Below are positions 35,348 to 48,497 of a DNA stretch of 64,000 bases, piece after piece. A model generated the notes under the pieces. It was not told the origin of the DNA. It made no database searches and was given only the letters and a program-made list of their open reading frames with translations. The first letter of the stretch is position 1. Each line of letters begins with the position of its first letter. Origin of the DNA: Ruminococcus flavefaciens (GTDB lineage Bacteria; Bacillota; Clostridia; Oscillospirales; Ruminococcaceae); NCBI GenBank assembly GCA_023667045.1, contig JAMPAU010000001.1, positions 1,164,594 to 1,228,593 of the forward strand, in the 5' to 3' direction. A program made the position numbers and the translations under genes.

Positions 35348-38101
35348 TTATTTATTGTCCTTGCCTTTGCAACATTTCTTGTACTTTTTACCGCTTCCGC
35401 ATGGACATGGGTCATTATCGCCTATTTTTTCGCTTTTTGCAGTGGTGGAAAAGCTACCATCGCCTGCACCTGCATTGGGAGCGTCGGGTTTAGCGACCTG
35501 TTCACGCTGAGGTTTCTGATTCTGCTGGAGTTTAACAGTAAGGAGCATACGGATAGTATCTTCACGTATGGATTCAACCATAGCGTCAAACATCTCAAAG
35601 CCCTCGTATCTGTATTCAATAACAGGGTTTTTCTGTCCGTATGAGCGGAGACTTATACCTTTTTTGAGTTCTTCCATGTCGTCGATGTGAGCCATCCACT
35701 TGGTATCAACAACTTTAAGGAGTATAACTCTTTCGAGTTCACGCATAATATCAGTGCCGTACTGTTCTTCCTTAGCCTGATAGATTTCACCGGCTTTGGT
35801 GTTAAGTGCGGTTATAATATCCTGTTTTGTTACTGAAGCGATTTCGTCATCTTCAAAAGTAAGGTCTTCTTGACCGACAAGCCAGCCCATGAAGAAATCC
35901 TTAAGACCTACAATATTCCACTCTGACTTCTCGTCGTCATCTGCAAGGTAGGTATCAACAGTTGATGTGATAAGGTCTTCCATCATTTTCAGAATGCTCT
36001 CATGGAGGTCTTCGCCGTCAAGCACCTGTGAACGCTGTTTATAGATGATTTCACGCTGAGTATTCATAACGTCGTCGTAATTGAGAACGTTCTTTCTTAT
36101 ACTGAAGTTATTTCCTTCTACTTTCTTCTGTGAGGATTCAATAATCTTTGTAAGCATTTTGCTTTCAATAGGCATAGTTTCCTCAACGTTAAGGGTTTTC
36201 ATCATATTTTCAAGACGGTCTCCGGCGAAAATACGCATGAGGTCGTCTTCAACGGAAAGGAAGAAACAGCTTTCACCGGGGTCACCTTGACGACCTGCAC
36301 GACCTCTTAACTGGTTGTCGATACGTCGTGATTCATGTCTTTCAGTACCGAGAATATACAGACCGCCTGCCTCACGTACAGCAACGGCTTTTTCCTTTAC
36401 TTCCGCATTGTACTTGTCGAAAAGTTCTTGATAGAGTTTTCTTGCCTTGATAACTTCCTCGTCGTCGGTATCAGCAAAACCTATAGCCTCTGTTATGAGT
36501 TCTTCGGGCATTTCACGCTTGCGGAGTTCTGCCCTTGCGAGAAATTCAGCATTACCGCCGAGCATAATATCAGTACCACGACCTGCCATATTAGTAGCGA
36601 TTGTTACAGCACCGAATTTACCAGCCTGTGCTACGATTTCAGCTTCTTTTGCATGATGTTTAGCGTTGAGAACCTCGTGTTTTATGCCACGTCTTTTCAG
36701 CATAGCCGAGAGAAGTTCAGATTTTTCGATTGATACAGTACCCACGAGTATAGGCTGTCCTTTGTCGTGACACTTTATAATCTGCTCTATTATAGCGGAG
36801 TACTTGCCTTTTTCGGAGCTGTATATCTGGTCATTCTGGTCTATACGGATAACAGGCTTGTTGGTCGGGATTGATATAACGTCAAGCTTGTATATTTCTT
36901 TAAATTCATCTTCTTCTGTCATAGCAGTACCAGTCATACCGGAGAGTTTATTATACAGACGGAAGAAATTCTGGAAAGTAATAGTAGCAAGAGTTTTTGA
37001 TTCGCTCTTAATCTTAACACCTTCTTTAGCCTCAATAGCTTGATGCAGACCGTCATTGAAACGTCTGCCCTCCATCATACGTCCGGTGAACTCGTCAACG
37101 ATAACGATTTCGCCGTCTCTTACAACGTAGTCGATGTCATTTTTCATAACGCCGTTAGCCTTGATAGCCTGATTGATATGATGTAAAAGAGTAAGGTTTT
37201 CGGAATCCATGAGGTTATCAACATTGAATACCTGTTCAGCCTTTTTAACGCCACGCTGAGTGATAGTAGCGGTCTTGGCTTTTTCGTCAATGATGTAGTC
37301 GGCAGTTTCGTTGATAGTGTCTTGGTCTTCCTTGCTGTCCATTTCAACAACGGTTGTGGAAGTGAGAGTTTTTGCGAAACGGTCAACTATTGAGTATAGA
37401 TTGGTGGACTTATCGCCCTTTCCGGAAATGATAAGCGGAGTACGGGCTTCATCAATGAGAATGGAGTCAACCTCATCGACGATAGCAAAGTTAGGTTTAC
37501 GCTGTACACGTTCTTCCTTGTGGGTAACCATGTTGTCACGGAGATAGTCGAAACCGAGTTCATTGTTTGTAGCATAAGTAACGTCGCAGTTATATGCCGC
37601 ACGTCTCTGGGAGTTATTGAGACCATGAAGAATACAGCCTACAGTAAGACCGAGCCAGCGGAGAACTTTTCCCATTTCTTCAGCCTGAGTTTTAGCGAGG
37701 TAGTCGTTTACAGTAACTACATGAACGCCGAGACCGGTAAGTGCGTTGAGATATGAGGCAACACAGGCAACGAGAGTTTTACCCTCACCGGTACGCATTT
37801 CGGCAATACGTCCTTGATGAAGAACTATTGCACCGATAATCTGAACAGGGTACGGCTTTTTTTCGAGTACACGCCATGCACCCTCACGGACAGTAGCGAG
37901 AGCCTCTGCCATCATGCTGTCAAGACTTTCGCCGGAAGCGAGCCTGTCCTTAAATTCCTGTGTTTTGCCTTTAAGTTCAGCGTCTGAAAGCTTTGAATAT
38001 TCCTCTTCGAGTTCGAGGACTTTATCTTTAATAGGGACAATACGTTTCAGTTCTCTGTTTGAATAAGCGTTAGCACCGAATATGTTTTTAAATAAACCCA
38101 T
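35348..38101 (-). CDS. secA: Preprotein translocase SecA
   Basis: EMRTGEGKT, DEVDSILIDEARTPLIISG, TNMAGRGTDI, GRAGRQGDPG, C-terminal CPCGSGKKYKKCC. Confidence 0.98.
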   Translation of the reverse strand: MGLFKNIFGANAYSNRELKRIVPIKDKVLELEEEYSKLSDAELKGKTQEFKDRLASGESLDSMMAEALATVREGAWRVLEKKPYPVQIIGAIVLHQGRIAEMRTGEGKTLVACVASYLNALTGLGVHVVTVNDYLAKTQAEEMGKVLRWLGLTVGCILHGLNNSQRRAAYNCDVTYATNNELGFDYLRDNMVTHKEERVQRKPNFAIVDEVDSILIDEARTPLIISGKGDKSTNLYSIVDRFAKTLTSTTVVEMDSKEDQDTINETADYIIDEKAKTATITQRGVKKAEQVFNVDNLMDSENLTLLHHINQAIKANGVMKNDIDYVVRDGEIVIVDEFTGRMMEGRRFNDGLHQAIEAKEGVKIKSESKTLATITFQNFFRLYNKLSGMTGTAMTEEDEFKEIYKLDVISIPTNKPVIRIDQNDQIYSSEKGKYSAIIEQIIKCHDKGQPILVGTVSIEKSELLSAMLKRRGIKHEVLNAKHHAKEAEIVAQAGKFGAVTIATNMAGRGTDIMLGGNAEFLARAELRKREMPEELITEAIGFADTDDEEVIKARKLYQELFDKYNAEVKEKAVAVREAGGLYILGTERHESRRIDNQLRGRAGRQGDPGESCFFLSVEDDLMRIFAGDRLENMMKTLNVEETMPIESKMLTKIIESSQKKVEGNNFSIRKNVLNYDDVMNTQREIIYKQRSQVLDGEDLHESILKMMEDLITSTVDTYLADDDEKSEWNIVGLKDFFMGWLVGQEDLTFEDDEIASVTKQDIITALNTKAGEIYQAKEEQYGTDIMRELERVILLKVVDTKWMAHIDDMEELKKGISLRSYGQKNPVIEYRYEGFEMFDAMVESIREDTIRMLLTVKLQQNQKPQREQVAKPDAPNAGAGDGSFSTTAKSEKIGDNDPCPCGSGKKYKKCCKGKDNK

Positions 38102-38216
38102 TTATTTACCGCCTTTACGAATTATTAAACCTGTATAAATACATATATTATATTTTACAACAAACAAAGCGGTTTGTCAATACCCGAATTAAAAAGCCTT
38201 GAATAAATTAAATAAA

Positions 38217-38264
38217 GAAAATATGTTCTTTTTACTTTACTGTTTATTCAGACTGTGGTATAAT
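38217..38264 (+). promoter_or_regulatory. uvrB promoter with possible LexA (Cheo) box
   Basis: TTTACT 38236-38241, 17 bp, TG-extended TATAAT 38259-38264; GAAAATATGTTC 38217-38228 is one mismatch from GAAC-N4-GTTC. Confidence 0.5.
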
Positions 38265-38298
38265 AGAAATACAGAAAATCAGCAAAGGAGTTTTATAA

Positions 38299-40260
38299 AT
38301 GGAGCGTTTCATACTACATTCAAAGTATGCCCCCGCCGGCGACCAGCCACAAGCAATAGAAAAGCTTGTCAGAAACATTGAGGACGGAAAAAAAGAACAG
38401 ATTTTATTAGGCGTGACGGGTTCGGGAAAGACTTTCACTATGGCTAATGTAATTGCACGTGTGAATAAACCTACTCTTGTGCTTGCACACAACAAGATAC
38501 TTGCGGCACAGCTATGCTCTGAGTTTCGGGAATTTTTTCCGGAAAATGCCGTTGAGTATTTCGTTTCATATTATGACTATTATCAGCCGGAAGCGTATGT
38601 TCCCAGTACCGACAGCTATATAGAAAAAGACTCCTCGATAAATGACGAAATAGACAAGCTCCGGCACTCCGCAACCACTGCCCTTGCTGAACGCCGTGAC
38701 GTTATAATAGTAGCGAGTGTTTCGTGTATATATTCACTTGGCAGTCCGGAGGAATATCGCTCTATGGTTGTTTCTATACGGCAGGGAACTGAAAAGTCAC
38801 GTGAGCAGTTAATCAGCGAACTTGTAAAAATCCGCTATGAAAGAAACGATATAGCTTTTGAGAGAAATAAATTCCGTGTGCATGGCGACGTGGTTGAAAT
38901 TTTTCCGGCACGTTCAAGTGATACCGCTGTCCGTGTGGAGTATTTCGGGGACGAGATAGACCGTATTTCTGAAATAAACGCACTCACCGGCGAGGTAAAG
39001 GCTGTTGTTTCACACACGGCGATATTTCCGGCATCTCACTATGTTGTAGGCGACGAAAAAATAGAATCCGCTCTTGAGGAAATAGACCGTGAACTTGCCG
39101 AGCGTATAGAGTACTTTACGGAAAACAACAAGCTGATAGAGGCACAGCGTATTGAACAGCGTACTCATTACGACATGGAAATGCTCCGTGAAGTAGGCTA
39201 CTGCTCCGGCGTTGAAAACTATTCACGTGTGCTTGCCGGAAGACCAGCCGGAAGTACTCCGCTGACCTTGCTTGACCATTTCCCAGATGATTTTCTGCTG
39301 ATAGTAGACGAAAGTCATGTTACGCTACCGCAGGTGCGTGCGATGTATGCCGGAGACAAGGCACGCAAAACAACTCTTGTTGATTATGGTTTCCGTCTGC
39401 CGAGTGCTTTTGATAACAGACCGCTTAATTTCGAGGAGTTCAATGCACATATAAATCAAGCTGTATACGTCAGTGCCACGCCGTCTAAACTGGAGCGTGA
39501 AAAGACCGATATTATAGTTGAGCAGGTTATAAGACCTACCGGACTTGTTGACCCCGAAATAATCGTAAAGCCTACTCTGAATCAGATAGACGACTTGTTT
39601 TCAGAAATAAATATACGTTCTGCCAAAAATGAGCGTGTACTTATTACAACGCTTACCAAGAAAATGGCTGAAGACCTTACAGATTATTACGACCGTCTCG
39701 GTGTTAAAGTCCGCTATCTGCACCACGATATTGACACTATTGAACGCATGGAAATTATAAAGGATTTGCGTAACGGCGTTTTTGATGTGCTTGTGGGAAT
39801 AAATCTTCTCCGTGAGGGTCTGGATATTCCGGAAGTAAGCCTTGTGGCAATTCTTGACGCTGACAAGGAAGGCTTTCTGAGAAGTGAAACCTCGCTCATT
39901 CAGACTATAGGACGTACTGCAAGAAACAGTCACGGACAGGTTATTATGTACGCCGACGAGGTGACAGGCTCTATGGAGCGTGCCATACTCGAAACTAACC
40001 GCCGTCGTGCCTTACAGATAGCTTACAATCAGGAACACGGCATAGTGCCGGAAACTATAATAAAAGACGTTCGTGATGTTATTGAAATAACCTCAAAGAA
40101 AAAGCTTGAAAAGTCCGGCAGTAAAAAACTTTCTGCTAAGGAACGCAATAAACTTATTGAAAGACTTACCGTTGAAATGAAAAATGCCGCTAAGATGCTT
40201 GAATTTGAGCACGCTATGTATCTCCGTGACAGAATAAAAGAACTGAAAGGAAGTAAATGA
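38299..40260 (+). CDS. uvrB: Excinuclease ABC subunit B
   Basis: [43 protein letters not shown]. Confidence 0.97.
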   Translation: MERFILHSKYAPAGDQPQAIEKLVRNIEDGKKEQILLGVTGSGKTFTMANVIARVNKPTLVLAHNKILAAQLCSEFREFFPENAVEYFVSYYDYYQPEAYVPSTDSYIEKDSSINDEIDKLRHSATTALAERRDVIIVASVSCIYSLGSPEEYRSMVVSIRQGTEKSREQLISELVKIRYERNDIAFERNKFRVHGDVVEIFPARSSDTAVRVEYFGDEIDRISEINALTGEVKAVVSHTAIFPASHYVVGDEKIESALEEIDRELAERIEYFTENNKLIEAQRIEQRTHYDMEMLREVGYCSGVENYSRVLAGRPAGSTPLTLLDHFPDDFLLIVDESHVTLPQVRAMYAGDKARKTTLVDYGFRLPSAFDNRPLNFEEFNAHINQAVYVSATPSKLEREKTDIIVEQVIRPTGLVDPEIIVKPTLNQIDDLFSEINIRSAKNERVLITTLTKKMAEDLTDYYDRLGVKVRYLHHDIDTIERMEIIKDLRNGVFDVLVGINLLREGLDIPEVSLVAILDADKEGFLRSETSLIQTIGRTARNSHGQVIMYADEVTGSMERAILETNRRRALQIAYNQEHGIVPETIIKDVRDVIEITSKKKLEKSGSKKLSAKERNKLIERLTVEMKNAAKMLEFEHAMYLRDRIKELKGSK

Positions 40261-40263
40261 TTT

Positions 40264-40827
40264 ATGAAGTATTCAGTAAAGAATATATGTGAAAGATTCA
40301 ATAAAAAGGAAAAACTGAAATATATCTTTTTTTGGGGACACACTCCCTCGCCCGACGGCACTATTACTAAAACCTGTTTCAGTCAGTGGTTTAACTGCAA
40401 CTTTATCATTGACGGCGTGCAATACCATACAGCCGAGCAGTATATGATGTCACAAAAGGCTCTACTTTTTGGCGACACTGAAATAAACAAGGAAATAATG
40501 TCAGCCAAACACCCTAAGCAGTTCAAGGATTTGGGACGGAGAATATCCGGATTCAATGAAAAAATCTGGAACGATAACAAGACAGATATTGTTATAAGGG
40601 GTAACTATGCTAAATTCTCACAGAATCCTAAACTGAAATATTTTCTGCTTGGCACGGGAAAACGCATTCTTGTTGAGGCAAGCCCATATGACAAGATATG
40701 GGGAATAGGTATGCAGGCAGACAGCAAGGGCGTTGAAAATCCGCTGAACTGGAACGGCGAAAACCTATTGGGATTCTGTCTCATGGAAGTAAGAGACATG
40801 ATTTTGGAGGGCAAAGGCAATGACTGA
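40264..40827 (+). CDS. NADAR (YbiA-like) family protein
   Basis: [50 protein letters not shown]. Confidence 0.9.
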   Translation: MKYSVKNICERFNKKEKLKYIFFWGHTPSPDGTITKTCFSQWFNCNFIIDGVQYHTAEQYMMSQKALLFGDTEINKEIMSAKHPKQFKDLGRRISGFNEKIWNDNKTDIVIRGNYAKFSQNPKLKYFLLGTGKRILVEASPYDKIWGIGMQADSKGVENPLNWNGENLLGFCLMEVRDMILEGKGND

Positions 40828-43639
40828 CAAGATTATTATAAAAGGTGCAAGAGCTAACAATCTCAAAAATATAGACCTCGAAATTCCCCGTGACAAGCTC
40901 GTTGTAATGACAGGTCTTTCCGGTTCGGGAAAGTCCTCACTTGCCTTTGATACTATATATGCCGACGGTCAGAGACGTTACGTTGAAAGTCTCTCGTCAT
41001 ATGCACGTATGTTTCTTGGACAAATGGAAAAACCCGACGTTGACAGCATAGAGGGACTTTCTCCGGCTATATCAATCGACCAGAAAACCACCTCAAAAAA
41101 CCCACGTTCTACAGTAGGCACGGTTACGGAAATATACGACTATTTAAGGCTTTTATATGCAAGAACAGGTATTCCGCACTGCCCGATATGCAACAGGGAG
41201 ATTTCACAGCAGAGCATTGACCAGATAGTAGACAGGATAATGTCACTGCCCGAAAAAACTAAAATACAACTGCTTGCTCCGATAGCACGTAACAGGAAAG
41301 GAACATTTCAGAAAGAGTTTGAGAATGCACGCAAGAGCGGTTATGTGCGTGTGAGGGCTGACGGCATTATTTACGACCTTAACGAAGAAATAAAGCTTGA
41401 AAAGAACAAAAAGCACAATATTGAAATAGTAGTTGACAGGCTTGTTATAAAGGATGGCATTGAATCACGATTGGCGGACAGCCTTGAAACTGTTTTCAGT
41501 TTGGGAGAGCTTGCACTTGTTGATGTTATCGGCGGTGAGGAAATGCTTTTTTCACAGAGCTATGCCTGTCCGGAGCATGATATAAGCATAGGCGAACTTG
41601 AGCCAGTAATGTTTTCTTTCAATAATCCTGTGGGAGCTTGTCCACACTGTACCGGACTTGGTATGTACCGCCATATAGACCCCGAAATAGTTATACCGGA
41701 CAGGAGCGTTTCCATTCAGAACGGTGCAATAAAGGCTCACGGCTGGAACAGTCTTGACGAACACTCTATAGCCATGATGTACTATAAAGCTATTTCGGAA
41801 AAGTTCAATATACCGCTTGACGTTCCGGTAAAGAAACTGAAAAAAAGTCAGCTTGATATGTTTTTGTACGGAACTAAGGGCGAGAAGATTGAAATTGCAC
41901 GTCCGGAATCAATAGGGGGCGGTACGTACAAATATGCTTTTGAGGGCGTAATAAATAACCTTGAAAGACGTTACAACAGCACAGACAGCGAATCCGCAAA
42001 GGCTGAACTCGAAAACTATATGAGTGATACAGAGTGTCCGGAGTGTCATGGAAAACGTCTCAAACCGGAGTATTTGGCGGTTACAGTAGGCGGAAAGAAT
42101 ATCAGCGAACTTACAGAAATGTCCGTAAGCGACTGCCTTGATTTCTTTGAAGACCTTAAACTTTCAGAGCAGAATATGCTCATAGGCGGACGTATTATAA
42201 AGGAAATAAAAGAACGTTTAGGATTTCTGAAAAGCGTTGGACTGGAATATTTAAGTCTTGCACGGTCTTCCGGCACTCTCTCCGGCGGTGAAAGCCAGCG
42301 TATACGCCTTGCCACACAGATAGGGTCTTCACTGGTGGGGGTGCTGTATATCCTTGATGAGCCAAGCATTGGTCTGCACCAGCGTGACAACGACAAACTC
42401 ATTGCTACCCTTAAACGTCTCAGAGATTTAGGTAACACCCTCATAGTAGTGGAGCATGACGACGACACAATACTTTCCGCTGATTATGTGGTTGACATAG
42501 GAGTGGGAGCAGGTGTCAACGGCGGTGAGGTGGTCTATGCCGGAGACGTTGCAGGTCTGCTGAAATGCGAAAAATCCATTACCGGACAGTATCTCAGCGG
42601 AAAGAAAAAAATTGAAGTGCCGAAAAGCAGACGTGCCGGCAACGGTAAGTATTTAGTAGTGAAAGGTGCAAAGGAGCATAATTTAAAGAATATTGACGTG
42701 AAAATACCTCTCGGTAAACTGATATGCGTTACTGGCGTGTCGGGTTCGGGTAAGTCTTCACTTGTCAACGAAATAATCTATAAGCACCTCGCCGGAAAAC
42801 TCAACCGTGCAAGGATAAAGTCCGGAAAATTCGACAGCATGGAAGGTCTTGAAAATCTCGATAAAGTAATATGCATAGACCAGTCGCCGATAGGCAGAAC
42901 TCCACGCTCCAATCCGGCAACATATACCGGAGTGTTTACTGATATTCGTGAACTCTTTGCAAAGACTTCCGACGCTAAGGCTCACGGCTATAACAGCGGT
43001 CGTTTTTCTTTCAATATAAAGGGTGGTCGCTGTGAGGCTTGCGAGGGCGACGGAATTATTAAAATAGAAATGCACTTCCTGCCGGACGTTTACGTGCCGT
43101 GTGAGGTCTGCAACGGCAAACGCTATAACCGTGAAACCCTTGAAGTAAAATACAAGGGCAAGTCAATTCATGACGTTCTTGAAATGACAGTTGATGAGGG
43201 TGTGGAGTTTTTTGAACATATCCCAAAGATTTCACGTAAGCTAAAAACTTTGCAGGAAGTAGGTTTAGGCTATATAAAATTAGGACAGTCCGCTACTACT
43301 CTTTCGGGCGGTGAGGCACAGCGTGTGAAGCTTTCAACGGAACTTTCCAAACGCTCCACCGGAAAAACTATATATATCCTTGACGAACCAACAACGGGAC
43401 TTCATACGGCTGATGTGCATATGCTGATAGACGTTTTGCAGAAACTCACTGAGCAGGGCAATACAGTGCTTGTCATTGAGCATAATCTTAACGTCATAAA
43501 GGTTGCCGACCATATCATAGATTTAGGTGCAGAGGGCGGTGACAAGGGCGGTACTGTTGTGGCACAGGGTACTCCGGAAGAAATCGCACAGTGTGAAAAT
43601 TCCTATACAGGTCAGTACCTTAAACCCTACCTTGAATAG
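40820..43639 (+). CDS. uvrA: Excinuclease ABC subunit A
   Basis: Two ABC cassettes ([21 protein letters not shown]), Zn fingers. Confidence 0.97.
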   Translation: MTDKIIIKGARANNLKNIDLEIPRDKLVVMTGLSGSGKSSLAFDTIYADGQRRYVESLSSYARMFLGQMEKPDVDSIEGLSPAISIDQKTTSKNPRSTVGTVTEIYDYLRLLYARTGIPHCPICNREISQQSIDQIVDRIMSLPEKTKIQLLAPIARNRKGTFQKEFENARKSGYVRVRADGIIYDLNEEIKLEKNKKHNIEIVVDRLVIKDGIESRLADSLETVFSLGELALVDVIGGEEMLFSQSYACPEHDISIGELEPVMFSFNNPVGACPHCTGLGMYRHIDPEIVIPDRSVSIQNGAIKAHGWNSLDEHSIAMMYYKAISEKFNIPLDVPVKKLKKSQLDMFLYGTKGEKIEIARPESIGGGTYKYAFEGVINNLERRYNSTDSESAKAELENYMSDTECPECHGKRLKPEYLAVTVGGKNISELTEMSVSDCLDFFEDLKLSEQNMLIGGRIIKEIKERLGFLKSVGLEYLSLARSSGTLSGGESQRIRLATQIGSSLVGVLYILDEPSIGLHQRDNDKLIATLKRLRDLGNTLIVVEHDDDTILSADYVVDIGVGAGVNGGEVVYAGDVAGLLKCEKSITGQYLSGKKKIEVPKSRRAGNGKYLVVKGAKEHNLKNIDVKIPLGKLICVTGVSGSGKSSLVNEIIYKHLAGKLNRARIKSGKFDSMEGLENLDKVICIDQSPIGRTPRSNPATYTGVFTDIRELFAKTSDAKAHGYNSGRFSFNIKGGRCEACEGDGIIKIEMHFLPDVYVPCEVCNGKRYNRETLEVKYKGKSIHDVLEMTVDEGVEFFEHIPKISRKLKTLQEVGLGYIKLGQSATTLSGGEAQRVKLSTELSKRSTGKTIYILDEPTTGLHTADVHMLIDVLQKLTEQGNTVLVIEHNLNVIKVADHIIDLGAEGGDKGGTVVAQGTPEEIAQCENSYTGQYLKPYLE

Positions 43640-43640
43640 C

Positions 43641-43667
43641 AAAAAAGACGCATTATGCGTCTTTTTA
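43641..43667. terminator. Bidirectional terminator
   Basis: aaaaaagacgca-tta-tgcgtcttttt. Confidence 0.75.
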
Positions 43668-44201
43668 TTTTTTCAGAAACTTTTTTCTTATGTACCGAAA
43701 TGTATAGTCTTCTCCTTTTTCGGCGAGCATTCTCAGCAGAATCTCTATTTTCCTCGATGTGTTTTTTTCAATCAGACGGTTTGTTTTTCCTCTCATGAAA
43801 TATTCTAGAGGGCATGAATCATTGTAGTTTTTTCCGTTGTAGGTTTTTGAGGCAGAAAGGCGGTCACAGAACATCTCAACAATGTATTCGTCCGGCATGG
43901 GAACAGGTTCAAGACGGCGAGTTATCGGGCTGTAGTCTGTCCAGTACTCAAAGTGGTGGCGGTTTCTGCCCTTGTGATGAATCCACGCCTTTGAGTAGCC
44001 GTTGACTTCACGCTCACGCTCATTCGGACTGCGGTTGCCTTGAAAGTACATCACGCTGGGAATAAATTCAGTCGGTGAAAATTTCGAGAGGTCATGCGTA
44101 AGACCGTGACGGAAAATGCCGGCTTTGAAGCAGTGAATCATGACAAGATGACGGTGGTGCAGAACGGTTTTCAGATGACCGATAAAATTTTTAATAATCA
44201 T
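43665..44201 (-). CDS. DUF5662-like HD-type hypothetical protein
   Basis: HR.LV...C...G...HDLSKFSP.EF, HHKGRNRHHFEYW, EMFCDR; ATG 44201 after AGGAGG. Confidence 0.7.
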   Translation of the reverse strand: MIIKNFIGHLKTVLHHRHLVMIHCFKAGIFRHGLTHDLSKFSPTEFIPSVMYFQGNRSPNEREREVNGYSKAWIHHKGRNRHHFEYWTDYSPITRRLEPVPMPDEYIVEMFCDRLSASKTYNGKNYNDSCPLEYFMRGKTNRLIEKNTSRKIEILLRMLAEKGEDYTFRYIRKKFLKK

Positions 44202-44360
44202 GTTATTTTCCTCCTGAAAAGATATTCTGTATAATATTATATCATTCTGGAGATTAGAAATAAAGCGTTGAATTATTTTTACGTCGGAATGCACAAATAT
44301 CACTGAAAAAAATACGCATAATGCACAAAAAATAACGCTCCGGTGAAAGAGCGTCATTGG

Positions 44361-44549
44361 TTACTGTTCGGGAATTTTTACGTCAATGTCTGTCATATAT
44401 GGAAAGAAACCGTCACTGTAGCCTGTTTTGGTGTTGTTTTCGGCGGTAAATGGTGTGATTCCGGATTTTTCCCATGAGGCAGACGGGAAAAAATATTCAT
44501 ATTCTTTTGAAAAAGGGTCAGGGACAGGTATTTCATTTGTTCTGTTCAT
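44361..44549 (-). CDS. Small hypothetical protein
   Basis: 62-aa ORF with GGAG RBS. Confidence 0.45.
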   Translation of the reverse strand: MNRTNEIPVPDPFSKEYEYFFPSASWEKSGITPFTAENNTKTGYSDGFFPYMTDIDVKIPEQ

Positions 44550-44680
44550 TTTATCATCTCCCGAAATTATTATTGACATATTCGAGAAATAATATTCATA
44601 GTAAAATTTTACAATTAGTTACTTGATTTTTTTGTGAAAATATGATAAAATAAATTATCTGAAAAAAGGAGGGATTTTTT

Positions 44681-45028
44681 TTGAACGATTTTGACGAAAA
44701 TGACGAGTATTTCAGCAGTGAGGAAGTTCAGGAGCTTATGTCGGATATTGCCAATGAATTTATTGACGAAGCTCAAAATGAAAGCGAATTTATCACTCTG
44801 ACAAATGAAGACGGCGAACCGGAAGAATTTCTTGTGCTTGGCATTGTTGAGTATGAGGAAAAGTTTTATATTGTTCTTCTGCCGACAGAGGAAGACGCTG
44901 ACCATAACGTTATCCTTGAACTTGTTCCCGATGAGGAAAACGGCTGTAGCACTTTTGCACCAGTGCCGGAAGATATTCTACAGAATATTATGAATAAATT
45001 CATTGCTGAATACGGCGGAAATCAGTAG
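44681..45028 (+). CDS. DUF1292-like acidic protein, paralog 1
   Basis: ITLTNEDGEPEEF.VLG.VEYE...Y.VLLP. Confidence 0.75.
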   Translation: MNDFDENDEYFSSEEVQELMSDIANEFIDEAQNESEFITLTNEDGEPEEFLVLGIVEYEEKFYIVLLPTEEDADHNVILELVPDEENGCSTFAPVPEDILQNIMNKFIAEYGGNQ

Positions 45029-45046
45029 TAAACAGGATATGTTTTT

Positions 45047-45256
45047 TTGAACAGTTTTATCAGAAATGAAGAAATAAAAGGTGAATACAAAAAATATTTA
45101 TACCTTGAAGATGAAGACGGAAACAAAGTCCGTTTTGAAATTCTTGACGTAGTTAAGTATGATGAGCGTTCTTTTATAATTGTGCAGTTTATCGAAGATG
45201 ACGACGATGACAAGGAACTTTTACAGGTGGTCTTTGATGAATTTAAGAAACAATAA
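45047..45256 (+). CDS. DUF1292-like acidic protein, paralog 2 (short)
   Basis: YLEDEDGNKVRFEILDVVKYDERSF; TTG start. Confidence 0.6.
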   Translation: MNSFIRNEEIKGEYKKYLYLEDEDGNKVRFEILDVVKYDERSFIIVQFIEDDDDDKELLQVVFDEFKKQ

Positions 45257-45296
45257 ACTGAAATGTTTTATTTTCAGTAAACAGGAGGTATTTTTT

Positions 45297-45593
45297 ATGA
45301 GCGATTTTATCGAAAATGAAGAAATGGAAGAAAACGAAAACTACATCACCCTTACCGACGACGACGGAAATGAAGTCTCTTTTGAGGTTATCGGAGAAGT
45401 TGAGTATCAAGAGCGTTACTTTGCCGTTTTACTGCCTTTTGACGAGGAAGACGACGGCGTTGTGATACTTGAAATCATGCCGTCCGATAACGAGGAAATG
45501 GGCGAGTTTCTTTCAATCGAAGACGAGGAACTTCTACAGAATGTCTTTGAAAAGTTCAAGTCTGAGTATGAGGGAAGATACGACTTTGAATAA
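45297..45593 (+). CDS. DUF1292-like acidic protein, paralog 3
   Basis: ITLTDDDGNEVSFEVIGEVEY..RYFAVLLP; ATG 45297 after AGGAGGT. Confidence 0.8.
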   Translation: MSDFIENEEMEENENYITLTDDDGNEVSFEVIGEVEYQERYFAVLLPFDEEDDGVVILEIMPSDNEEMGEFLSIEDEELLQNVFEKFKSEYEGRYDFE

Positions 45594-45715
45594 CAATAAA
45601 AGGACTGTTTTATTACAGTCCTTTTTTATGACATAAAAAATCCCCTGCTGGTTAGCACAACAGGGGATTGATATTTTTATTTAATTCTGATGAGTCACTA
45701 TCAGTTATTTTTTAA

Positions 45716-47125
<1,410 letters not shown>

Positions 47126-47230
47126 TTATAAAAAAAAATTTGCAATAGTTTGGGAATAAAAAAATTCCGTAAAGATTACGATTTGTTAAAAATTAACAGA
47201 TTTTATTCATAATCTTCGCGGATATTTGAG

Positions 47231-48487
47231 TTATTTGCCGATAAAATTGAGATATTCGCTTGCCAAATAAAGTGAACCGCATACAACAACTATGCCGTTA
47301 TTTAAAAGTGCGTATTCCTCAGCCTTTGCGATAGCATCATTCAGAGAGTGATAAACTCCTGTGTGAGTGCCGACAGTGCGGGATATTTCAGCGAGTTTTT
47401 CAGACGGTACGGCATTAGGTGCAAAACCGTCCACAGTAAACATAACCTTTGAACAGCGTGCAATATAACGCACACACTCCGGATAGTCCTTTGAATCAAT
47501 CATGCCCATGACTGCATAAATAGTCTTGTCCATGACAGAAAGAGCGTGATATAACTGATAAACACCGTCCGGATTATGTCCGCCGTCCACGATAACAGGT
47601 GGTTCGCCGTCAATGTACTGTATACGTGCCTTTACTTGAGTATTTTCTATGGATTTTTTTATATTTTCGTCTGATATTTCAAAACCCTTTTTTCTGAGGT
47701 ATTCGCACGTCTCAATAGCTGTCACGGCATTCATGGGCTGATGAAATCCGAACATAGCCGGTTTATACTGGATTTCCTTGTAAGTGAATACATTGTCCTG
47801 TGCTGAAAAACAGGTTTTAAAGTCCTTGTTTTGAGGGGTGATAAATTCGGCGTTCTTTTCATTTGCGGTTTTTTCAACAAGATATTTTACATTATGTTTG
47901 TTGTCGAGGGAAAGAATAACAGCCGAACTCTCTTTTATTATTCCGGCTTTCTGGACGGCTATTTTTTCGACGGTATCGCCTAAAATATCGGTATGGTCAA
48001 GGGAGATTGATGTAATCACGGACAGCAACGGCGAGGGTATAACGTTTGTGCAGTCAAGAAGTCCGCCTATACCGCATTCCAGCACGACTATATCGCACTT
48101 TTCACTGACATACCAAAGAAAAGCCACAGCCATAGTTATTTCAAACTGCGAATAAGGTTTATCATCAATATTTTCTTTTATAATAGTGCAGATTTCGCAA
48201 AGTGAACCGTCGTCTATTTCGTTGCCGTTTATGCGGATTCTGTCGTTATACCGGAGTATAAACGGCGATGTAAACTGTCCGGTCTTATAGCCGGAATAAA
48301 TAAGAGCGTTTGAGATGTACTCCACTGTAGAGCCTTTGCCGTTAGTTCCAGCGACGTGTACGAATTTAAGTTCTTTTTCGGGATTGCCAATAATACGCAT
48401 TAAGTTTTCCGCACGTGAAAGGTCTGTTATTTTACCGCCGGACTTGCTGTATGAATTTATAAATTCCATGCATTCATTAAAATTCAT
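47231..48487 (-). CDS. folC: Folylpolyglutamate synthase/dihydrofolate synthase
   Basis: HVAGTNGKGS, FTSP, ECGIGG.LD.TN, DGGHNP, CGSLYL; ATG 48487. Confidence 0.92.
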   Translation of the reverse strand: MNFNECMEFINSYSKSGGKITDLSRAENLMRIIGNPEKELKFVHVAGTNGKGSTVEYISNALIYSGYKTGQFTSPFILRYNDRIRINGNEIDDGSLCEICTIIKENIDDKPYSQFEITMAVAFLWYVSEKCDIVVLECGIGGLLDCTNVIPSPLLSVITSISLDHTDILGDTVEKIAVQKAGIIKESSAVILSLDNKHNVKYLVEKTANEKNAEFITPQNKDFKTCFSAQDNVFTYKEIQYKPAMFGFHQPMNAVTAIETCEYLRKKGFEISDENIKKSIENTQVKARIQYIDGEPPVIVDGGHNPDGVYQLYHALSVMDKTIYAVMGMIDSKDYPECVRYIARCSKVMFTVDGFAPNAVPSEKLAEISRTVGTHTGVYHSLNDAIAKAEEYALLNNGIVVVCGSLYLASEYLNFIGK

Positions 48488-48497
48488 AAGTTCCCCC

